NCBI GenBank assembly: GCA_040954595.2
Contig: CM082576.2
Location: 9,365,129-9,429,128, forward strand
Direction of reading: 5' to 3'
Length of the DNA stretch: 64,000 nt
Source: Balanoglossus misakiensis
Lineage: Eukaryota; Animalia; Hemichordata
Position 1 is the stretch's first letter; each line of letters begins with the position of its first letter. Below are positions 40,801 to 53,800 of the stretch, piece after piece. Below the pieces are notes generated by a model. That model was not told the DNA's origin and did no database searches. It worked only from the letters and a program-made list of their open reading frames with translations. The translations under genes were made by a program, and so were the position numbers.

Positions 40801-41776
40801 CCGGACATGAAACATGGCTTTCGTAAATTGGTTATTAAGAGACAAAGGCAATGGCTTTATCAGACTATCGAAGTTAATGTGGAATTATGTACTTTATCTT
40901 GCCTGTAGTGTTGTATGTGGCTTTTATGCACGCATCCCGTCACTGACGATTTGCTGGATTGTTGAAATCCATGAGGTCAGTACATTTGTATACGAGTACG
41001 GTACTATACTAGTACTTTGCGAGATGTTTTATGTCTATTGTAATATTAACCTATAAATATTACTGTATTGAAATATTGGCGAGATCTTTACCAGAATGGC
41101 CACAGCGGAAGCAGACGGTACATGCGAGGGGAATGATGCTTTGGAAGGCGATTCGCTAGAATCGTATGATAAAAACCAACAAGGTGGAATGGTATGAGAC
41201 GTATCGGGTTCACCACTGACAAGACATCGTTAAACTCACAAACGTCTGAGAAATATCGAAGCTGGCACGATTACACCGGCATCTTCGCAGGAAGACGGTT
41301 GAGGTTGATGCCGTGTGACATTCTAACCAATCTCGTGGTTGATTAGACAAAGCCAAACACATCCCCTGTCGTGAGCGAGCTGATCAGATAAAAAGCTTTC
41401 GTCAAATGTAATCAAAATGTTGGGCGGTTGAAAATATCCACGCGGCCGACTAGCCAATTGTCCCAGATCATATCGCGGCTATCAGCATCCTGTAGCCAGC
41501 GCTTGGCGAATTGTCTTTCAGATTGAGTTTAGGTGGTAATCACGGCGGCGACTTGGAGTCACCGCAGTCGTTCGTGACATGATTCCGGGCTTAGCCCCGT
41601 ACTGACGGGTTTCTACAGTAGCAGCGACGGTACATCATGTAATAAGGTTGTTACCGAGTCAGAAAACTGTGTAAAAGAACATAGCCAGAGATGTGGATTA
41701 CACACAATTCCGCGCTGAAGGAAACCTGATCATATCGAGCTAGGTAGTTTAATCCATCAGTCTAAATAGCGGATTT

Positions 41777-41795
41777 GGGGCGGGGAGGGGCTGGG
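41777..41795 (+). other. Canonical G-quadruplex-forming motif
   Basis: GGGG-C-GGGG-A-GGGG-CT-GGG has four G-runs with 1-2 nt loops. Confidence 0.6.
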
Positions 41796-44700
41796 TATGG
41801 CAGATGCAATCCCCCATTAAAAGAAACACACACCAAAGTTTAGTGATTCTTTTACACGAACGGTAAATATTTAAAACTACAATGTTTTGGTAAGATTCAA
41901 GTTATTTTTTACTTCGTGTCGCTTGTGAATTAATTTCTGCTACTCAATCACACTGATTCTACAGGCATAGCACCACCATTCTTCATAAGATCTACGTCAC
42001 TGACAATAATTGCCACCGAGGGAATCATATGTTATGCCTGTCAACGGGACGTGGGCAAAACTGAAATGACCGACCATCCTTCATATTTCGGTAACCAGAC
42101 TAACAACAAAACCTTCGCCCAAGAAACAAAAAGATTAATTGGACCAAAACTTTGTCCGTGTTCCGGAAATCCTAATGCCCTATTTCTTTGATCTATAAGA
42201 CCACGCAATGGAGGGAGGGGGATTGCAGAAGAAAATAATTGTCGTTTATGATTTAATATTCAATTTATTAGGTGTGAATAATGGGCTAATTTTTCCACAA
42301 TAATTACGAAATTAATTTTGTCGGCGATGAAAGGAACTGATGCATTGTACAGTTGTTTGACGGATGATAGTACGCAATCAATTGTGATTAAACTTCAGTT
42401 AATGCTCTGATTAATTAACGGTAACGAGTCATCAATCCTGCCAACGCTTCATATATTTCTTGCACGTGTGTCCCGGCCCGCAGCTACTTCTTAGTGACCA
42501 GGTAACTCCCTTTACTAGCGCTGTGACGTCAGAGGCGAGTCTTGAAGAGACGCAAACGAAGTGTCTACAGCAGCGAAACAGGAAATGAAGCAAGTGGTCT
42601 GAAGTTGACGAAAATCCTGTAAAACCTGAATTTATTGTTTCCCGTTGTATATCTCTTATGATAGCTTCTTGGCCAGAGGTGTAGAAATGCAGATTTATCT
42701 CGGATTTCTGAGTTTTTTCTTTTGTGCAGGGTCTGTTTTCTTGTACTACGACAGGAATCTCGTTTTCAGGCCAATCGTGATCTTCATTCTAAACGACACA
42801 CGTGTTCCAAATTCAAAAAATATTACATGTAATCCCGTCTTGGGACTAGGTACAAAACAAACTTTCCCTCGTTTTCAGAGCATCGCAAACTGACCTAATT
42901 TTGTAAGCATGCGCGTAATTGTTTTTGATATCCTTCCCTTAAAAAATATGTTAGCTTGTCATGACTAGGTATGAAGACGGGTCTATATATCAAAATGAAT
43001 TATCACAAGCCAACACGTACATAAAATGCATTTTACTGCTGTACGGAAATCATAGTTTTTGCCAAGATCAGAATTTTCCAAAGTGTATCAGAAGGTGTTC
43101 TCGTAAAACAAACAAGTTGCACGTAACATGTCGATCGCAGATTTGATCATATTCGTACACCGACTCAATATCCATCAATCCAGCTCATCTTCAATAGGCT
43201 CATTCCTTCGGGACATGCGAAGCATAATTTGAACGTGGATGTCGACGCACTGCAAGCCCCGGGGCTCCTGTCACATTACGGGATAATCATAACCTTGGAA
43301 AAACTCAAGGACAAAATTCACCAAGATAAGTGGTGTCGCTACTGCAATAACGCCCCAATTTAATAAACTCGTTGATTGGTTGTATTAACATCCGGGTCGT
43401 CAGTAAACAAGGTATAAATATTCGCGATATTGATCGTGTTCAACTTTGTATATACAGGGGGGCTGCGTCATTTATTGCGTGGCTGGCTGTATCACTGACC
43501 TACAACGCCCCACGAGATCTAGGTCGTAAATATTTTGCCACTTAAAATGGCCATCCAACTCAACTCGGAACTACGGTCTATAAATGTTTGTAGTGTTAAC
43601 ATAAATTCAGTGGAGTGTAATATATTTTATAACTAGGACAAACAAAGACAGATTGGACCAGTGACTCTTTAAATCAGCTGGAAGTTAAACGCGAGGAATA
43701 TAAATTATCCGATTGCAATACCGTTGGCATGTCCAATGTTATTACCGACTTCATAAGTTATACTCATCCGAAACGAGAGGAAATGATAAGTTAGAGATTC
43801 CCATATCATGAAATTTTCGATTAAAGTCAAACTGCATTGTTCATAGAAAAACAAAACTGACATAAACTCGGTCCACCATTTGCCTTCAATCAAGCATAGC
43901 TATCGTCAGTATAACCGATTGCCCCAAATGAAGGGAATGTGGATATAATTATTATTAATATGCAAAAAGTTATTCTTGAACTAATACACTCGCATTAATT
44001 CCTCAAATTCAAATTGCACCAATATCGCTGGAATGTAGAAATAAGTCATTATCGAGTCACGATTTGCCCAATCCAATGCATTCAAAGTCACGTTCGCCAT
44101 ATTTGGTCGTTGTTACACCAAATGAAATAAGAAGCAGTTACTGCTGTCTACAAACATCGCGGCCTCATTTTACAAATATCGGTAAACACGAAACTGCCCT
44201 ATATAAACTGAATTATGGAAACGCGGTGTATTTGACCTAACAAGCGGGGACTGCGACTGCGGGAGTTCGCAATATTCTCCGAAATGTATTGTGTTTCTGA
44301 TATTGCAGAAATGATGCCTTCTATATGCAGATGTGCATATTGCAAATGATTGCCAAGTCTATGTATAAAAAGTGTACTGTGGGTTCCAAAAATTCATATT
44401 TCTGTAACCTTTACTGGAAAAGGGTCAGCATAGCTCTAATTCAAATAACGTGTAAAATCAAATGAAGAAATCCATATGTCATCGCGTTAAGGTAGTGCAC
44501 TTTGGTCCAACAAAAAGTTCATGTTTTGTTCCTTAATACAGCATACAATATGGTTGGCAGCTCAACACAACGCGCACACTTTCCGTTCACACTTAGCATA
44601 GGTAAGATATAAACCCTATTTTACCACTTTCTAAAACACGAAATATATTAATTTTACAAATATTACGACTTGGATATTACACTTTTACGTTATGTAATAA

Positions 44701-45017
44701 AATATATGGAGGCACGATTTTTTAATGACGCTACAGTCTTTTATTTCTGCCTGCGTACTGCCGTTATTATTTGGTCACAAACTAGCGGTATCTGTGTGAC
44801 CCACATGTTCTCAACTCTGTGACAATTGAAAATTTACATATTTCGTTGTTTGGAATAGCTTTTCTCTCATTCTCTGTTCAATACTACTGATTCTGATTTT
44901 ACTGATATAAACTGTTCTGGGGGCAATTTTGGTGAGCATGTGGCTGACTTCACCGTGACATCCTGGATAGCGAAGTGATGTGGACGCGTTCACTTTGCAC
45001 TGTTTGAAAGCGCGATG

Positions 45018-45068
45018 ATTAGCATATGCAAATTGAGTAATATGCAAATTTATCGCTAATATGCAAGT
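45018..45068. promoter_or_regulatory. POU/octamer motif cluster
   Basis: Quasi-palindromic ATTAGCAT-ATGCAAAT (45018-45033), ATGCAAAT (45042-45049) and ATGCAAGT (45061-45068). Confidence 0.4.
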
Positions 45069-45779
45069 GACTGCTAACTTTACTCACGCAAACTTTATAC
45101 CGTTAAATATGATCAAGAAAATTGAGATATATTCCAAGGAAAATCTCGAAGATATAAACTCACTCCTGTCCAGATGGTATTTTGGTTACTATGCCCACAC
45201 AATCAACAAACGTGAACACTTCCATGTACAAAACCCCAGGAAAACATGATATGAGATCATCAAGTATTTCACTCACGTGTCTGGCCACACAGTCTGTACA
45301 TATATAGCTAACACGATCATCGGCGACGATCCGATTTATGTCCGGACCTAAACTCACTTGACAACGATGACGATGCAACAACTGTGATAGTGAGCGTCAC
45401 ACTGGACGAGTACTAGGCGATCCACCATGAACAGGAACAAGAAACGCAGTTCACAAACACGACACAAATACTGATGTCATCCCCTTCTTCCATTCAGTTT
45501 CAGACGACACACTAAGCACCGTTATTAACTCAATAATCGACGACACTTGATTAAACGTCTCCCGATAAAAAACGATATACGGTCACACTGTTTCCTTATT
45601 GACTGCAATCTCGCGTTTTATAACTTTTCTCTCCTAGAATTTGCTTCCCACTGTTTTCCCCACAATATTTGTTTTCTGGTTTTCACAATCATCTCACGTA
45701 CGGATCCACAGTTCGCATCTGATAAGTGTACAACACATGGTACTAAGGATTGCAAGGAAACGTTGGGTCTAGAATACAT

Positions 45780-45802
45780 TGTGTGTGTGTGTGTGTGTGT
45801 GT
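45780..45802. repeat. (TG)n dinucleotide microsatellite
   Basis: About 11 TG units. Confidence 0.95.
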
Positions 45803-47807
45803 ACATCAGCATTTACATCACGACTACAGGTAACATGTGATGCAATCAATGGGGACTTTTCCCGCTAACCTATATCCTGATGACATCACGCGAAGCAATT
45901 TGGTCACGTCATCATGTCGATTGTTTATTTCCAAAAGATGTACCTAAGTTCTACAACACACGTGAGTGGGGAAAAAAGACGTTTTCTCGCTAGTCGAGTG
46001 CGGCGATAGTACACTTTGTACGTCACCGTAGGAAAAGTCCATTCTAGTTTGAGGTAATAGCTGTGGCGCACATCTCCGTGTGTGCAGTGAAATTGACATA
46101 CTTTTAGTAGCTATCAAAATTGCTCCATCATCTCGCTGGGTGGGCAGACGCATTCTGTGATTTTACTCAATGATTCTAGTCAACAAAGTATTTGCTTTTT
46201 AAATGAGAAGAGTAAACTTGAAACTAGCGGAGGGGAATTTCCACATGCATTTGGAAAACAAATTGGTTTAATGCAACACCACTTTTAAGTGTTTTTTATT
46301 TTTATTTTGACCACTTGGTTATACAGTCAGTCTAAATGCGTTTCAAGCAGCATGACAGCTTTTTGTCATTGGAAAGTTTCAGAAGGAAAAAAAACAGAGA
46401 GAGATCCGCGCTCGGCTCCATGCGGATCGAAGCTTCATTGAAAGTGACGTTCAGTTTCTTTCAATCCTCGGTGCTTGGTGACCTTTTCCGTAAAAGACGC
46501 TAGGCGTTATTGACTGAGCTCTGGCGAATTGACTGTCTTATTGTCGAGCGGCTGTCCGACTGAAATTGAGAATCGACGACAGGAAATGAAAAAGCGGGAG
46601 AGTGCGCCTTCACTTAGATGTGTTCTGACGGAATGGGCTTTCAAGCTTCAAGTGGAGTCTTTAGGAAAATTCGGTAGACATGACAACGACAAGCCAGGCG
46701 TATCGAGCACTCCGCCGCAATCAAGTATATGGAACCTTTTTTCTCGGATGAACGCGAGGGAGTTGGTAACGACGATTTATTGGGATATTTGCAACCGCCA
46801 TCGATAATTTGATCCGGCAAAGAAGATTAGGTAGCAAAAGTTATGCAATAAAAGGTGTGCATAAGAGAATGTCTGATTTGAATCTTACATCACCGGTTTG
46901 CAAAGTTCCCGGATCAAGCAAAAAGCTATTAACCATGGCCGACCTTGCTAACCATCGTTGTTGATTGCCTCTACGTATTTGATCATATCTGAAGTCTTCG
47001 GGTGAAATACAACCCATTTAGCACGATTAAACAGCGCACGTTTAACGACTTTCACCGAAGACAGATCTCCGGCGTCGCCGGGCCATGTCACGTCACCCGC
47101 GCGAACGCTAAATTGATCACCAACGCACAGCGCAAGTAGGTAGGCGTATAAAGAGTGAATCTTCTTCGAGGGTAGATATCAACTCGCATTGTCAAACCTA
47201 CACCCAAAGCCGCAGCGGCGACAAATTCAGTCGTCTAATTGGCCTGAACATGAACGGAAAACCCAATCCGGAGCTCAACCTGCGAGATGCCGACGTGGGG
47301 TAGACCTGCCTGCCGAGACTTGGGTTCGTTTTCTGTACGTCTTCGACCTTCTACGCCGATAATTACATCGGCGTGATTTTACGACGTGTTCCGTAATCGA
47401 GCTTTTCATCAACCGCTACTTAGTTCGACTCCCCCAGGTGCCGTTGCGTCGGGGAGGGGGGGGGGTGTTCAACGTGTATATTAATCAAGTAAATTAAACA
47501 AAGGTGCAGTGAATACTGATTTCAATGTTTCACTAACGCGGCTAACATCAGTGTGATTGCATGCAAGGGACACAGGAAGAACAAACAAATTAAACGTGGC
47601 GTGTATTGTCTGCCAGAAACAAGAACTTATAGGTGTGTGTGGAGTACTGCATCATAGGATACGTATTGTTACCCATAACTAAAATTGCTTCTAATGAACA
47701 TAATGAAAAATTGCCAAATTGCTGGTGAGCATGGCATCAGACCATTGCCAGCACACAGCCAACCCGCATTCGTTGCATGGGTACCCCGGGGAAAACGCGC
47801 GGAGTAC

Positions 47808-47821
47808 GTTACCATGGCAAC
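47808..47821. promoter_or_regulatory. Consensus RFX X-box
   Basis: GTTACCATGGCAAC matches the GTTNCCATGGNAAC X-box consensus exactly. Confidence 0.5.
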
Positions 47822-50800
47822 ACGGAATGTGGACATAAACCATAAACGATACAGACTTCGCACACAATTATTATGTTTCAATTTTATAGCGGCGATATTC
47901 TTGCGATAGGTCGATTGAAGAAATTTAAGCTTCTCCATCAACTCTTTTACAAGTATTTTGATAGAAATACTAAAAATCAAGCGTGATGCGAACGAGAGCA
48001 TTTGGATTAGCGCAAATGCAATCGCACTTTACGGCGCGACACAAATGAGTCTTGATACGGCGTTTCATATTTCAGGAAAAATTATATTTGCCGTGGAGTA
48101 GCCGGGGTATAGATTTCTGCCTACAGCGGGTAATTGTCCGTATTTGTCGCCATGAATGGGCGATATTTATTATACTCGCCGTAAGCAATGATATCAATAT
48201 CAGTTTAGATTATTAAGGTTTGGAAATTGTCTCGCTTTCTTTCATAGCGACGCTATGATACGCCGTAATAACGTGTACCGTGCAAGCAATATATACACGG
48301 TAGCATTTACATATAAGTGACATTTCACTAGATCACTCGCGTATACTCAGTCTTTGTACGTTTCACATTCTCCTTTATACGAAGCGGAGATCGATTCACA
48401 TTCTTACAAGGGTTCGTCTGACCACCATGTTCACTTCAATACTTCAGGGCATTAATTCTTTTTGTTTAGACGCATATATTTCAACACTACACCAGCCCTG
48501 AAAATTTTCAAAACCGACACAAGGTAGTGTGTGTGTGATTGGGGGAGGGGGGGGGGGGATGGGTCAAATACGCCCGCCTGTTCAAGTTAATGCAGGCGCA
48601 TGCGTGGTCGCGTAAAATATTGCGTTACCAGTGTTTCATGTACTTCAACACGAAGAACGGTGAATATGCAACGGTGTGAGAAGTAATCTCGGGAGTTGCA
48701 CCGTGATTAGATTCGTTTAGCCGAGAGGGCGTGAAAACGCCGGCGGCGGTTCATTTCGGGGATGCCGGGGATTTTCGCGCTGAAATGGCGACTGGGGTTG
48801 AAGAGGAGCCAAAAAAAAACCACACGCATTCGTCGGAGAAACAATGAAGCCTGATATGGTACGGTATCGACGCTGCAGGCCACCAAGCGCCAGAAATATG
48901 CTATTTCCCAATTTGCGACAGGGCCATATGGAATTAGCATTGTTTTATGACGGTGGCGGCATATTTATGAAAGCATTTTCGAAGTGTGATCGGGTTCCCT
49001 TCCCAAAGTGATGAACTTTATGCCAGACACCTAATCCGCAACATAAAGAGATGATTTTTCCCCCGAAAGTATTCCTACCATAATAAGTCGAACATTTCCC
49101 CCTCCCTCCATAATTTGAACTAAATGAGAACAACCAAAGTCAGATCCCAGCGATCACACGGTCAACGGTTTGTACTCCAGAAAGTGGCATGAATCATCCG
49201 AAAATAATAAATAACCATAAAACCGGTCATTAGAATTTTAAGAATCCCAGGATCAAATTACTACTTACTTTTAATGTTGCCCGGGAATTACTGTAACTAG
49301 CCGTGCCTTGTCATTAAATTCCGAATTCAAGATCACGTCCATCGCTCAGTCCTGCCGACGAATAGTTCTTCTTTGATCGGCTTTTATGCCAACAGAGCGC
49401 GAGTTTCAGTGACAACAGAATTTGCTGCCGAAATTTAGTTTATGCCGATTAGGTTAGTGACAAACCAAGTCAAATTTGCGCTGTATCCCCCCGGACGGCG
49501 CGAAACACGGCGCAAATATATATTGTCAACTGTGGCGGGCACGTAAATCAAATAAATGCGATGATGTGAGACGGGCCGCCACCTGCCGGTATTTTCCGAC
49601 GGAGCCTTGTCGCTCCGAGTCCGCGGCGGCATTAAATGAGATGAGCGTTATGAATAGGTCACTGCTCAGAGAGAAGAGGACGACGCTTCTCACAAATTTC
49701 AGCGATATAGTGGTAGGTGAAAAAATATCCCCGTGTATAGACTGTCTTGGTCTGTACCTGACGTAGGATACGCATCCACAAAGTTTGGAATCTGACGTGA
49801 CCAGGAGACGGATTAATAAGTGAAAGATTTGCACGTATTTCGGTCTGTGTAGATCGTCACTGATATCCGTGTAGGTATGATAGATATACAACACAGCCCC
49901 CCCCCCCTCACCGCCCCCACCTGACAAATTAATGATCTCGGATCACGCTTAATTTGTGGAAACAAGACAACCGCGTCAGGCGTGATGAAATGAGCGACAG
50001 AAGCATTCGCATTTTAAATTATGTAACCGCCAGAAAATTACTTCGCTAAAGAAGTCCCTCGGGCCCGAGTTTTATTCCTCGTCACCAATGTAGTTAAATT
50101 TAATATCGCGAACGTTACGCCGCCGAAACAATAAATACGGGTCCAAATTTATCAAATTAAGTGCACGTTAAGACATTTACTGTTGTGCCCGATATATTCA
50201 GCTCTGAATATCTGGTAACATTATTTTTTCCTACGGAATCTTTAGGTCCAATTCATTTTCATAACATTCGAATGATTTTCGATCAAGTAATGCCCTATTC
50301 TTTTTAGAAACGAAGTACACAAACTGTTTACCGGAACTCCGCCATACATTCGCGGTGAAGTCCGCCAAGTTGCCTTGTCGTGTCATATTATAAATTAATT
50401 TTGAACTTTTTAGAAAAAAAATATGACAAAATGGTATACGTTCTCACCTTGCTCTTGCCTTCGATGTCAAATGAAAGGATCCCCGAACTTTTAAAGCAAT
50501 TAATGCATGGATGGAATAGAAAATTGTTCTTTTGACACTCAGACCTACTCCAGCGGTTCAAGTACGGGAAAGCCGGGCAATAACAAGAGTCTCGCTTCGA
50601 TCCACCTTTGCGGGCAACTCGATTGGAACGTTCCATTTCCTGACGGGGAAGTCGCCATTTATTTGGGGGTGGGGGATATATCGTGATAAAAGAGCAGGGT
50701 CAAGTTCGATGTCCCTAAACCACTTCATCTAAATGATAATATAATCTCTATAACCAGGTTAACTTGCCCTGCGCTTAAAAAAAAGAGATGTCGTCGCCGG

Positions 50801-53800
50801 CGTTTGCGTGGTTGCATCATTTTAACTGTGGCATATTGCGCGGTGTGAAGGCGACGACAGCGCAGATTTCCTCGCAGGAAGGAAGCGCGAATTCGAAGTT
50901 AATTCCATAAATCAGGCGTTAACTACATGTGTGCGAAAATAATTGTACACGTCCCCAACGTACGCGGGAACATCGATAACAGCATTTATTCCGGCGAAAT
51001 CTACTTGTCCACCCAGCGACATTATTAGTGCGTCTGTTTTAACAGGTTTTGCATCTCACGAACCTCAAGAGGGATATTTCTGGCGGGATACTGCAGTTTG
51101 CCTTAATTATGTGCGCTCAATAAAATAGTCTGCAGAGACACTGAGGCGCTGCATGGAGCACGCATGTAAAAAAAAAACTCAGCTGATATGCGCCTATGTT
51201 TAGCCTCATCGACTGCTTTTCGGTCTGTTATAAGAAAATAGTTAAATTTGATTATGAATTTGAGAGTGTAAATTTTACCAAACGAAACACTTGAGTTGTA
51301 TTTCTTGCATGCTTACTATAATCATGGAAATTATGAATGAAGAAGAAAATGTTGGAAATGAGTTCTCCAGTTTTATGTATCAATTTACGATTTTCAGGCT
51401 AACCCTAGACATATGCGATTTCCCGGTAAACACGTTGAGAATTGATTCAGTATTGCAGTAACTTATTTCCTTACATTACTGCTTGGCCACCTACCTACGA
51501 TTAATCAACTAAAAGTGCACAAACTTCTCGGGCGATTTAGAAAGATTGACAACCGTGAAAGAATAGTATTTTTTCGTGTTAGGTCCTGTTTCGAATGACG
51601 TATTGGCAATGAGAAAGCGACATCGATCCTCGAAAGTTGTTTTCATAGGACAGTATTTTGGCTAAAACTCATCTCATTTCCCCGTTTGTGAAAACTAAAC
51701 GCAACACAGAAGAGTTCGAATTCAGTACCATAGATACACGTGTCTGGAAATACAGTTTATATAGGTCTAGTTGTTTTTGATGAGAAATGCAACTTTAAAA
51801 ACGCTACGGGTAAAATGCAACGCCACCTTTAAACAAGAAGTTACGCTCCCAAGCAACTCAAACAACCCAATGGATTTTTTTCTGTCGGGGAAATACATAA
51901 CATGGAGAACAACGCTGTAGGCTCTACTTCCCGCTTTTAAAGGAGGGTAGTCGATCACGAAATTATACCATCGACCTGGCCCGGAGGATCGAATTTTCTT
52001 TCGTGGTTACTTTACATTCAGTTTATAGGTGAACATTGTGATTTTTGAACCACTCTTAGATGACTGTAAAGCGCAGCGAATGTTGTTTTTCTGTATGTGT
52101 GTGTGAGACGGAGTAATTTTAATTTAAAGAGTGTGGAAATAGCTTTATCGATCTGCCACGATATGATACTGTTGAATCGCCCCATTTTCGACATGATCTC
52201 ACACATGCGTACACGGCTTGTGGCGTGTTTTATGTAAATGAAACGAGGGCGACGACCAGTTGGTTTCGACTGCGGACTGCGTCGTTTTCTACACTGGCTG
52301 AGAACTTCGTCTCAAGCTAGGCGCGTCTTCGGCAAGTTCCATATTCATGCCGCGGAGACGCTTGGTCGGTTGTCAAACTCTCTGCTGCTGCACACGAAGA
52401 ACGATGGTTTGTGTGCCGAGGTCAAAAAGTCAGAATACGTGATTTGACTTGAATGTTGGATACGCGCATTTCTTTTCCCATTTTGAGAATGGAAGCAAAA
52501 AGAAAAGAGCGAATTTGACGCAATTGTGATCCATATTTTTCTTTATAAATTTGAGATTCAATATAGTCTTCTATTCTGCTCCGCGGCTTATTATCTTGCA
52601 AGGTACGGTTGTTTTATTGGGGCAAATCACGCCGCGACGGTGTACTATGACGGATAATTGGCCTATAATGTCTGTAACCATGGAAACGACAAGGCGGAGT
52701 AAATAAAGAACTGTGGAGAACATAATTACGCTATAATTGGCGTAGAAATTTTTCAAAAGCTGCAAATTGTTCACGGTACAGCGTGTGCAAGCAAGAAAAA
52801 GTACCTAAAATAAACACGTTCCCTTCGCGGGCACAATGGATACGCAGTCTCATTCGACGGGTTTGATGAAATCGGCAACAACACCGCGTTTGCTCACCCA
52901 TCATCACGACATGAAACCCACCGACTCCCGATTAATTGCGCCTTTGAACAGACGTGCTCCTATACCAATTTTTGTTTCGAGGGAGACGATGACGTGCAGC
53001 GGGGTTATTTGGAAAAATGGATTGTTTGCTCTGCGCGATATATTAGCAGAATGGGCCGCGCGGCAACAGCTCATCTTCCACGTGTTTTAAAGATGTAATA
53101 ATAAACCCATTCTGCGCCGACAACTCGGTTTCAAAGGACACCGCCACCATTGTACGCAATTTGTTAACCTAAAACGTCTACTCAAAGGGGACAATGCGGG
53201 ACTCCCGCGTTATTCAGCGCTCGAAAATCACGCTGTCTGAACGAGTACTATCAAAAAAGTGTTGAATACCAGATGCGTACGGTTACTTGTAACGATTCGT
53301 CTTGTGAGCGCCCCAAATATGACGACAGAGATGAAAGGCTGCCGCCTCACACTCATTGTGATTTTTCCCAATACAGCCCCGGTTTCCAGCACTGAAGGTG
53401 AAAATTGAATGGCCAGACAACGAATTCCCTGATGGAAATCGAACTCCCAGAAGCCACTCACACTCGGCGAATATTTAGCCAGATGGTGAAATTGTATACA
53501 GCAGAATCTGCGATATTTTGCAATCAGATACCGCGCGTCAGGCTCTGCGTAGTGTGGGTTGCATTGGAGAAAAAATGGTATTAGTATACAGTAGCTTGTG
53601 TAGAAGATAAAAAGGCGGTCACGGAGCGCTTAATACGAAGACGGACACGAAGAACAAGTCATCTGATGAGAGAAAGCAACAAGCCATTTTTCATTTCACG
53701 AATATCACTTGCACCCTACCACTAATGACCCAGCGAGAAAAGGGAAACCATTATGAATGATGTCAGCGTTGCAGGCTATCCAATTTTTGGCTGGTATCAT

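Noticed and set aside
42460-42479. miR-92-like string ttgcacgtgtgtcccggcc
   Set aside because: The seed context is wrong (CTTGCAC, not ATTGCAC), it has insertions relative to miR-92, and no complementary upstream arm forms a precursor hairpin.
44487-44500. TTAAGGTAG or TTAAAGG MITE-like starts (also near 11044, 51937 and 55750)
   Set aside because: No matching inverted terminus found, so elements cannot be delimited.
53663-53676. CTGATGA...GAAA hammerhead-core-like string
   Set aside because: No room for stem II and no stems I or III. The same applies to the other CTGANGA hits checked.
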